Assembly (NCBI GenBank): GCA_040954595.2
Contig: CM082580.2
Coordinates: 1 to 64,000 of the forward strand
Length of the DNA stretch: 64,000 nucleotides
Source: Balanoglossus misakiensis
Lineage: Eukaryota; Animalia; Hemichordata
Direction of reading: 5' to 3'
In this document: positions 50,182-61,000 of the stretch, in pieces
Layout: each line of letters opens with the position of its first letter
Numbering within the stretch: the first letter of the stretch is position 1
The notes under the pieces: generated by a model
Databases searched by the model: none
Told to the model about the DNA's origin: nothing
What the model saw: the letters and a program-made list of their open reading frames with translations, nothing else
Made by a program: the position numbers and the translations under genes

Positions 50182-50636
50182 ACCCCGGAGCGGAAAGTAC
50201 TGGGGTTCGGATTAACGTGTGTTTGTACAGTTGTTTATTTGGGAGTGGTCATCGTGCATAATAACTGTGTAATTGATCTCATGTACATAGAAAATAATTG
50301 AACACTTTACACCTCTATGCGATTGACAGCTGTTTGAATGGCGTGGTTATTGTTTCCCAGGGATGCTTCTGAAAAGCACTGAAACCAGATTTCTCCCAAA
50401 ATCATCGTTGTTTCAAAAGCTCGTGTACTTTTTCATCGATAACTTTATGTTGTGTGTGTTTATAAAGCCAACCACTGTCATTGTGTGGTGTAATTCTTTA
50501 TGCTTGGATCTGTTTAGGCCGATTTTCATAGAGCCAAGATCATTAGAGCCAAGATCGTTGGTGTTGTCTGTTGTCAGTCAAACGGCATTAAGATTCGCCA
50601 CTGATTTGGGGGGTCTTTTATACCACGCATCGGGGT
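50182..50636. mobile_element. 455-bp TTAA-target MITE
   Basis: TTAA-ACCCCG...CGGGGT-TTAA; empty site ACATTAAGGCC at ~60454 in the opposite arm. Confidence 0.8.
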
Positions 50637-52584
50637 TTAATGTTTACGATATCAGGACAATTTATATCATATGAAGTTTTATGTATTCATAATTATTCAG
50701 AGAAGCAAATTTTTAAAAATGTGAAATTGTTATCAATCGGATGTGCACTGACAGCATGCTTATATGGAATACAGGTACTCTAACACAATCAGTCATAACA
50801 CTTTTGAATCATCAATAAATAACATATAGAATAATTTTACAGGATTTAATTATTTATATTTGAACGCAAAGCGTAAATTCCCTTGTGCCATGGAATTCAC
50901 AATCTGCAACTGGTGGGGTCCTTCTGCCAGTAAGAAGCATCAGATAAATTCTGCATGCTCATCACCGAGGCAATTTAGGTGTACTTTTGTACTTTGAGAA
51001 CTGTCGGTTTTCGCAACTGAAACTCTGCTCACAGGACGGAGGAAAAACTAGAATGACAACAGCTATGTAAGCTAACAAAAGAAACACAGAGCATAGTTCT
51101 CCATACTCATATTTTAATGCAATAATTTTTGCTGAAATTGGGGCGTCCGTGGGCAGGCAAAGGCAGTTCGAACTCAACTTGCAAATCAGGCCCATGTCTC
51201 TTGTTCCCTGAGACTGTCTGGTTCTAATAATAGCTGTAAGAACATAATCGTTGACCAAAGGGTTGGTTCAATTTTGCAACATTTTATGATTTCAAGCTGT
51301 GCAATATTTGCAACTCTGTTTCAACTTTGGTTGGAGGGATGATGATGAAGCCATTTCACTGACAAAATAGCACTACTAACTGACATCCATATTTGTTTAC
51401 AGTCAAATGCATTGCCATCAGAAAAATGCATACGAAAAAATTCTTATGTGAATAATACACACTTTCTTGCACAACTGCAAACTCTGTCACATTTGTGAAA
51501 TTTTAAGGAAATTCATTCATTGGGTAGCTTTATGAATTCTTAAACAAACTTAGTCATGAAACCTAAATGGTTACCTTACACATCTGGCGGCTCGACTTCT
51601 GTGATATGATAGTCTTCAATTAATGTGTATGTGATTCCATACAAATCCATATGATTACCTGAACGTACAAAATAAATAAAAAATAAAAAATAAATTAAAA
51701 ATTAATAAGTATCTCATACATATGCATAAGTGCTTGTGATAAATATATCCTGTATTTAAATAAACCTGTCATTTATTGACCTCGTTTTCCTATTAACCCA
51801 AAGGACTAGATTGCACTGTAATATTATTACAGCTTCATTTCAATGCAACAGGTACACTACATCATATTGGAGCAAATATGCCAGCTCAACATTGATATAA
51901 AGAGTGTCAAAATATTGGTGGCTACAAAAGCTTGTGTCCCTTCAATCCATCCTCGCACTCAGGTGAAAACGAACGTCATTAGTTTTTGGGAAAAAACCTC
52001 TGAAATCAATTTCGGTGAGGCCAAATGTGTTCCAAAGGCAAACCGTTTCTGGTAAACAAATCAATGGCAAATAATTACTTCGGCGACATACCAATCAGTC
52101 AACATGGCTGCCTAATCGTTGGATAGCCTGGTTTCATCTCGCGATCATTCTGTCTTCCGATATGGCGTTGCATGGTTAAATTCGTCTCTTCTTTGCCGAC
52201 ATAGTCAGGCGACAGCGGTCGAGAAGCATAGGCAGCGACTCCATCTTGTTTACATTGTGAAGTATCGACTGCGCATGCTCAATAATTTTCCGCGTTTTTT
52301 TTTTTTGCCAACGGCGCGCGCGCAGTGTCTGGTATAGAGAAAATAACATGCAAGTGCGCGATTATTCATTTGTAAAAAATCAGTTATACATTTGTCATCA
52401 ACGTTTGAAAACTTTCAATGATCTTACCTCGGTAAGCATTTCAAATAGGTACATTTTTATTTAGAACCATCGTATGTGGAAAATAATAAAACACAGAGTG
52501 GGGATTGGCCCTATGTTTGACTTGATCATACCCAGCTCGGTTTGCGTTTTGTCATTGACGAGGGTGTCAGACTTTTGCTGAGAG

Positions 52585-52815
52585 AGTGAGTTTCTATAGC
52601 GTAAACGTTTATCGACTGGACTTTCTGTGCGCCAACAATTACATTATTTTTGGCCGGGGAACACGTGCAACTTTTGATGACTGTTTTTCTAGCGCCGTGT
52701 TTTTATCTTACGACCTAGAATACCTGCTTTCGTCACCATGGTCTGCTCTGCACGTACTATGCTTTCCAGTTTATGTAGCTTGAAGTTGTACCACATTTTG
52801 GTTTCCGAGCTGTAG
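52585..52815 (-). pseudogene. Decayed tyrosine-recombinase C-terminus, Crypton/DUF3504-like
   Basis: Frameshifted reading ETKMWYN..HKLESIV..TMVTKAGILGRK / KHGARKTVIK / VPRPKIM*LLAHR / VQSINVY fits the WY...M..KAG....TNHS.RKT...GH.N.QS...Y pattern. Confidence 0.65.
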
Positions 52816-53339
52816 CGAACATAAAACCGAAACTAATAGCTACGTGTTGACCGCAGCGACTGCGTGTTTTTTTGTTGTATTCCCAACCTACAGTTTATTC
52901 TCATGCAGCTCAGACTGAGGTCGCTTCTAAGAGAAAAAACAACAACATATTTTGGCTGCTGCCAGACCAGGAATGGAAAATCTTGAGTGGCGCTGGGCTG
53001 CATTTCTCTGTAGGACTGTAGTTGTATTGTGCAAGGGTTCGCCAGCATCGCCTTCAGACTTGTTGTCATAGTCACTGGTGGCGGTTTGTCCTGCACTACT
53101 CGTCGTTCTATTTGATGTGGTGGTATTATTCCCAGATGTCTGTGCCGAGGATCCTGCCCGTTTTCCGATTCTCTTCGTTTTGTCGGCCATTTGCTTCACT
53201 TTTTCTGTCATTGTTGCGACGTCAGTCTCTGTTGTTGTTCGAAGGAGGCGAAAGTCCATTCACCATTAATAGCCGAATTTCCAAGATCGTCCGTTAATTA
53301 CAATGCGACGTCACGCTACCATGTCCTAAGAAAGACTAC

Positions 53340-53520
53340 AGGGCACATTTTTTTATCTCGTGCGCACGACTTACGTGTGCATGTGATATTTTCGTCGTGA
53401 ACACGAGTGCGCTCGCAATTTTCTCGTGCGCACGAGATATGCACGAGATAGCATGTTTCTCGTGCACACGAGAAAACATCTCGCTGGAACAAGATACTAT
53501 CTCTTGCACAAGAAATAGAA
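53340..53520. repeat. Short element built from palindromic CTCGTGCGCACGAG motifs (MITE-like)
   Basis: Motif variants at 53357, 53423 and 53459. Confidence 0.6.
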
Positions 53521-56013
53521 TAACTGGCAGCCACTATGATGTCTGCCACAGGCAAATTTAAATATTCCACTCTGGATCTTCTTTCAGCCCTTCGGAAAAC
53601 ATGAGCATTTATGAAATCCGGCTCTCTATTTTTCGAGAAGTTCCAGCAGTTGTGGTGTCGCCAAAAACGAATGTATGCCATTCCTGGCGGAAAAAAATAT
53701 GCAAGAGACGCTTGCAATACACTGCCATCTACCTGACCGCCCTACATGCCTTAATGTAAGGTAGAAGGTCGGGCGGTACGAAGAGTTCACCAAAAGAGGG
53801 CGCATTTTATCATCCATTGATTTATACTGTGTACGAGCAGAGAAGCCTCAGTGTTTGCGGTTAGAACCGTATCGGTAAGACAAAGACAGAAGAGTTGACA
53901 GACAACAAACTTATTCAGTTTATTTCATATAATTCTTACTGTAAAACGTTCCCTGAATAAAGCCTTGTGCTCATAAGAACATTGAAGATTGTCGCATACA
54001 GACCGACACCCTTTTATCTATTGTAGGTATTGAATAGAACGCTAAATACCTGTGTATTTCTTATTCATTAAGCAATGATGTAACACAACAAGTTTCGGAC
54101 AGTGTGAAGAAAGGGCCAAAGCACTCTTGCAAGTTAGTGTTGTGTACTCTTTTCCAACACTGCTGCAAGCTGTTCAGCAACTGATGCTGCTTGTATCTCC
54201 GATGACAAATGGACAGTCTGTGTGCTGTCAAAGTAAATCCATCAATTTTGCGGAGCTGAAAGGAAAATGACAGCTTGTCAAACTCAAATCTGCCAGACGA
54301 AATAGGGAAAGAAATGCATAACAGGTAATCCACCATAGTATGAATTTTAGCCAGCATCCTATGAAATGCGGTGAAACGGAACTGCAATTAATTTTAAATG
54401 AATTCTGCTCAAATTGTTTTGTTAGTTCTCAACATTGGATTGGAACTGTTAAATATATTGTACCGTATAACATTATCATACAGGTTAGTATGTCAAATAT
54501 TTTTCCATTTGGCATTTTCTTCTTGAGGTCATTTCAACAGTATGCACACCACAGTTTGTGAGATATGGACAGAAACAAACAGGAATCTATGCAATGTTAT
54601 AATAGTATATTATTGTTAACAAGAAAGCGGCAACTCTCTGCCTGGCAGAGAATAATGATAGTCTTTTTGAAAAAAAGGGCGTGCTGAGGATATGGTCAGT
54701 CAAAAACATACATGTATAAGGTATGCCTGAACTAATTTTTAATATGGTGTACATAAATATTTATGCATTGTCACAATGACTGGAGGTCTTTAAATGACCA
54801 AGCTGTATGGACACCTCATTCAATGTTACATATATTTGTTATTACATGTTTTATTGAAATTGCCAGTTGTCTGTTTTAATTCTGGCAGTTCTGCTGTGTC
54901 TTTTGTCTTGCCCTGACAGAATGCAGTAATATTTGCAGTACAAGAGGAGTGTCAGTAAATAGTGGAGCAATATCTTTCTACGAATGTACTCATGCATTGC
55001 TCCAAAGTGAAGTACATTCGCAAAACCAGTTTGGGAAATCGGGACTCTTTTCAAGATAATACCACATTTTTGTGGATGTCACATGACATGGAAACACTCT
55101 AGAATCACGATTGAGATAAGGTTTCGGTTTGATATACCACTTCCTTGTTATTTCAATCTGTATGTTTTCTTAACCCCCTCCCTCGAAAAAAGGTAATTGA
55201 GGTAATTGTAAAATTACCTGAAAACAAACAGGCTACTCTAGCCTCCTTTTTATGAGGTTTGTGATGTAACATATTTTGAATTTCGTGAATCGATCAAAAG
55301 TTTCCGTGCACTAACTATCAAAACTATACCAAAAAATAATTTGGGCAATTCATAAGGAGAATCTAGTGGGTCAGCGGCTATAGAACTGACGTAAGTGTAA
55401 GTATCAGAGGATTGTGGGTACAAGGCTGGGAAGAGCAAAACTCGAACACTCATGAAATCTACACGTGACGCCAAATTCTTTGTAATATGAACAGTGGAAA
55501 ACTGCCATGCCATCCCTCTAAGTGCAAACTTCCAAAGATTTCAATCTGGTGATATTTAAAAAAAATATTTTATTCAAATTCATGTGGTGATATTTAAAAA
55601 AAATATTTTATTCAAATTCATGTTATAAATTAAACTTGCATCTATGATATAGAAATGACTCTGTCTTATATAACAAAAATACAAATAACTTGGTTAGATG
55701 ACCAAAGATTTCCCATCTCGAAAAGTTTCTACCAAAATGACTAACTCCAAATCTGCTAAGAGAGCCCTAGCAAATTTAATCACTGCACATTACTCTCGAT
55801 AAAACGAAATATTGCGCATTCATTTTGTCCTTGAATTGAAATGCATGGCCAGTGTTCATAGACTTCACACACACAGGATGTTTAAGGAGTTGAATTGTTA
55901 TTGACAGCGACCAGGTCGGTAGATTCTATAGGATGAAGAAAAAATGAAAAGACAGTCAGTACATAGCTAAATTCTCCTATACAAGGGCGTCTTCAATTGG
56001 TACAGTGACTGAC

Positions 56014-56104
56014 TGAATGGATGAATGAATGAATGAATGAATGAATGAATGAATGAATGAATGAATGAATGAATGAATGAATGAATGAATGAATGAATGA
56101 TGAA
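56014..56104. repeat. (ATGA)n microsatellite
   Basis: Read directly. Confidence 0.95.
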
Positions 56105-56182
56105 CGGATGAGTCGTAATAATATGCTTCAATCATAGGGGCTTTGAAAATTATTAAAATAAAATAAAAAATAATGTACTCAC

Positions 56183-56471
56183 AACCGACATTTATACAAC
56201 AGACAGCTCAAGAAACTCCTCCATGTGTACAATACTTTGCCAATTTAGTGACAACATCAGCTTGCAGAGCACGTGAGCACCGCTTTCGCCAGCCTGTGGT
56301 GCCCGCATATCTTTTTTGTTCAGCAGTAACATGCACGACACATGCAGAGACACAAACGTCCATGTTGCAAATTGTAGATGAAAGCATCAGCTGCGCTGGT
56401 TTTATGGTCAGCATCACTGGCTGTTACATGAAAACTGTTTGTCACATACCTTAACCAACATATACGTGTAT
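56183..56471 (-). pseudogene. Degenerate Cys-rich exon, possibly PAN/apple-like
   Basis: tttccatacag| acceptor and |gtgagt donor, phase-1 compatible with the pentraxin exon; NTRICWLRYV... / MDVCVSACV... in shifted frames. Confidence 0.35.
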
Positions 56472-56991
56472 CTGTATGGAAAGAAAGTAGGCTCACCCCC
56501 GGTACAGTATTATTTTATTTTGCATGCACGCAATGGCCTGAATTTGCTAAACTGGGATCATCTGCGCGCATTTCAAAACGTGCTCGTTGCTTAACTTCGC
56601 GTGCTTTACTACTCACAATTATTCCACTTGTGAACGAACACGTCACCCAATTTTACAGTGTAGCCATGTGGAAAACTGGTGACAAGGTAATATTTCATTC
56701 GAAGATCAACCTACGTTCAGAAAGTTTGCATTGTGGTGAATTCTCACTGCTCTCGCAATGCGGTCTGTGGCTCACTGCCGCAGACCGCATTACACGTAGA
56801 AATAAATTCTGTACGTCACAGTTCGTAGGTCGCATAGGTCATGGAGTTAATCCATTATACATTGCGGCTTACAATTTCTCGTGACCCTCTTATCATGCAG
56901 CTTGTGTGTTACTGACCACTGACGCATGTCAAAACACTCAATATTTTTTTTAAATTTGCAAAATCTTTCATTTTAAAGTTGTGATACTCAC

Positions 56992-57142
56992 TGCAGATAG
57001 CATTCTTTTCAGTAGGAACTATTTCTGCTGCCATTTCAATATTGTCTTTATTCCATGTAAATATATTTCCTCCAATTGAACAGTCCCCCGCCACAGCTGC
57101 AACCTCTTCTGCAGTCAGAACTTTTGACCACATGTATGTCAT
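56992..57142 (-). pseudogene. 5'-truncated pentraxin C-terminal exon
   Basis: YMWSKVLTAEEVAAVAGDCSIGGNIFTW matches the pentraxin end; donor |gtgagt at 56991; no acceptor, and a repeat begins at ~57170. Confidence 0.7.
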
Positions 57143-57984
57143 TTAGTCAAGACAATTTGGGAGAACTGTAGTTTAAAGCCTCCAAAGCTGCCACTTTTAG
57201 CATTATTTTCATGATTTTATTTTCCAACTTAAATTGGTTCATCAAAATAAGCTTACTGATAGGTATACATAAACATCTTATCGATGCCCGATTGTGACTG
57301 CATGTTGCAATTGGAACATGCTATGTATTAAAACGGTGCCTCACCGATTTAATCAGCCTTCATACAAACAATAGCAGCTAAGCAGCTATCGTGAAATGCG
57401 ACGCCAGGTTATGACAAACCAATGCAAATGCAAGTAATATGGCTCAATGGTCACGGGTGAAGATTTTAGGGAATAGGGAATATACATATGAAGTATTTTA
57501 CTCTGGAAAAAAATATGCCAATTTTAGCAGCTATAGGGTTTTTAAAGCGCGGGCGAAGTATGAACAGATGCAGTAAATATCGATACATTGTATTTTGGAG
57601 GTTTCTCATAACCATGATTGGTTGGCTAATTATGCGGCGTTTTCTAAATAAAAGGAACAATATTAATTTATTGTTGGGGCTCACCTCCGTTAACATCTTG
57701 CCGTCTCTGCTGAGTGTTGGCCTCTTCCAGCGGCACGTGTTTGTCCTTTAGGGCATGCTGTAAAATATTTAGAATAGCGCTGCCATTTGATCAAAGGATA
57801 AGCTGGCTTCGCGTGTTAGGGATGTGTGTCTGACGACTATGCCTCGAAGCAAAAGACACAGCCGACCCTGCCACGCAGATTCATTTGTTGTGTCACACAT
57901 TTTCGATCCAAGAAGAGAATATCAACCTTGACGTTGCGAAAATGACAAGAAACTTTCACTCATATAGGTTGTGTGATTACTTAC

Positions 57985-58083
57985 CCGCAACTTGTTGGGA
58001 ATTGCTGTCACCAGAGGTGCCCACAGCGTGAAAGCCAGAATGACTGCGACGCCTGCATTGGAGTTCGTCATGAATGGAAACAT
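57985..58083 (-). CDS. Candidate signal-peptide exon
   Basis: MFPFMTNSNAGVAVILAFTLWAPLVTA-IPNKLR followed by |gtaagt. Confidence 0.4.
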
Positions 58084-61000
58084 CGATGAACACGTTCGGT
58101 CTTCGATGAGGCTAGTGTCCACAGAATAGGCATTCTTTTATAAGGCAGCTGGGAGGTGGTAAATCCATTGTGATCACCATGCTATTAGTAGCCCAAGCAG
58201 TCAAAATTTGCGAAAAATATATAAATATGGAAAAAATATATCAATGGGATCAATAGTTATTAAGCACTTTTTAAAAACAAATGACACCGTAAGATCAATT
58301 ATCTTGTTTTCCGCGACAAGTTTCAACATGGTATGTCAGCGCTACCAGTGAATAATATTATTAGAAACTATGACAGCTGTAACCGTGCGATTAATGATTT
58401 CATCAATTTTAATCATATACTTGTGAATATTTGCGCGGGTGCTGGTTTAATAAACTGTGTTGATATATAGGTGGAAGACTGTTTAGTTTTCCAGTCAATT
58501 ATGTGATGTATTACGCCTGACGCTTAAATGATTTGGTCCAGGGAGAATAACCGCGTTTGGCCGGTCAAGCGAACCCTGGATCTTGCAGGCTCTGCCCACT
58601 TTCCAATCAACAACCATTGAGCATGCGCAGTTGATACTTCACATTGTAAACAAGATGGCGTCGCTGTATATGCTTCTCGACCGCTGTCGCCCGACTATGT
58701 CGGCAAAGAAGAGACGAATTTAACCAAGCAACGCCATATCGGAAGATAGAATGATCGCGAGATGAAACCGGGATATCCAACGATTTGGCAGCCATGTTGA
58801 TTGATTGGTAAGTCGCCGAAGTAACTATTTGCCATTGATTTGTTTACCAGAAACGGTTTGCCTTTGGAACACATTTGACCTCAATGAAATTGATTTCAGA
58901 GTTTTTTCCCAAGAACTAATGACGTTCGTTTTCACCTTTCTGTCCCGAAGTTGCAAACGTGTTGTCTCTGAGAAAATAAATGTGATTTGTACCCGCGATA
59001 ATCATAGTTCGGATTTCAACCCACAACATCAACGCCAGCCATTCACCAACATGTGCCAGATAATGTTTATCAGTCATATTTTCTCAGTCTGAATTTACAA
59101 AAGACTAATTGTATATTATGCACATTGCAATTTTAATATGTAACACGTTTGACCTGAGTGGGAGAATGGATTGAAGGGACACAAGCTTTTGTAGCCACTT
59201 ATATTTTGACACTGTTTATATAAATGTTGAGCTGGCATATTTGTTCCCTTATGATGTAGTGTACCTGTTGCATTGAAATGAAGCTGTAATATTAAAGTGC
59301 AATTTAGTCCTTTGGTTTACTGGGAAAATGAGGTCAATAAATGACAGGTTTATTTAGATATATGATATATTTCTCACAAGCACTTATGCATATGTATGAG
59401 ATACTTATTTATTTTTAATTTATGTATTTATTTTTAATTTATTTTGTATGTTCAGGTAATCATATGGATTTGTATGGAATCACATACACATTAATTAAAG
59501 ACTATCATATCACAGAAGTCGAGCCTCCACATGTGTAAGGTAACCATTTAGGTTTCATGACTAAGTTTGTTTAAGAATTCATAAAGCACGAATTCTACCT
59601 AATGAATGAATTTTCTTAGAATTTCACAACTGTGACAGGGTTTGCAGTTATGCGAAAAAGTGTTATTATTCACATACGAAACTTTTCGTATACATTTTTC
59701 TGATGGCAATGCATTTAACTTTGAACAAATATTGACGTCAGTTAGTAGTGCTATTTTGTCAGTGAAATTGCTTCATCATCATCCCTCCAACCAAAGTTGA
59801 AACTGAGTTGCAAATATTGCACAGCTTGAAATCATAAAATGTCGCAAAATTGAACCAACCATTCGGTCAACGATTATGTTCTTACAGCTATTATTAGAAG
59901 CAGACAGTCTCAGGGAACAAGATACATGGGCCTGATTTGCAAACTGAGTTGGAACTAACCTTGCCTGCCCATGGATGCGCCAATTCAGTGAATCTTATCG
60001 TATTAAAAATGAATATGGAGAACTATTCTCTGTGTTGTGATTGTTAGCCTACATGTATACATATGTACCTTGAGTGATTCCACTTTCTTCAGTGTCCTGT
60101 GAATTCAGTTGCCATAACTTGCGCTTCACACAGCGCATACATGTAGGTCTAATCAATTGGGCAACTGGGTCTTACAATATTATCTGATGCCTCTTACTGG
60201 CCGAAGGACCACAAGTTGCATTTTCACATCGCATATAAATAGAAAACCCATTAATTTCTACTGTATGATTTTATTGACGATTCAATAGTTTCATGACTGT
60301 TAGTGTTAGTTACAATACCTAAATTCCCAAATGAAAGCATGCTGTCAGTTTTCATGTGATTGATATTAATTTTACAATTTCAAAATATGCTTAGCTCTGA
60401 ATGATTATGAACATATCAAACTTCATGTTAAATAAACTGTCTTGATATTGTATACATTAAGGCCTACTACCAGTGTCACAACATTGATTTCCTGCATTTT
60501 TGCTCATGCCTTCTGACCAGTCAGTTGCCTCTGTATGTGTGTATGTAGTATGTATGGATGTATGTATGTCTGTCCACATCAAAAACTTGAAAACCCCTTC
60601 GCGTATCCCCTTGATATTTGGTGTGTAGATGTAGGCCAGCCTGTAAATAGGATTTTGTTCATATTAAGAAGGTTGAAGTATTTTCATGATTGGTTTTATT
60701 TGATTACTCCAGAAACATACAATACAGAGTCTGTGTGGTAAGTCTTGATATTGGGTTTTTAGATGCAGGCACGCCTGTTCAAATGAAATATGCTAATTAC
60801 CTGGAGCAATGTGAAATTGATCAAAACTCAGAAACTCAACAACTGGTCAGATTGCTTTGAACATTTGTATGCATGTAGCTTATGTCACGCCTGATATACT
60901 TTCAGCTAATATCGTGAATTGTATCTAGAATTTAGTATGCTATTTCCTATAGGTAATCTTTGTTAGTATTGTTTAAATTGTGGCAAAATTTGTAATTTTT

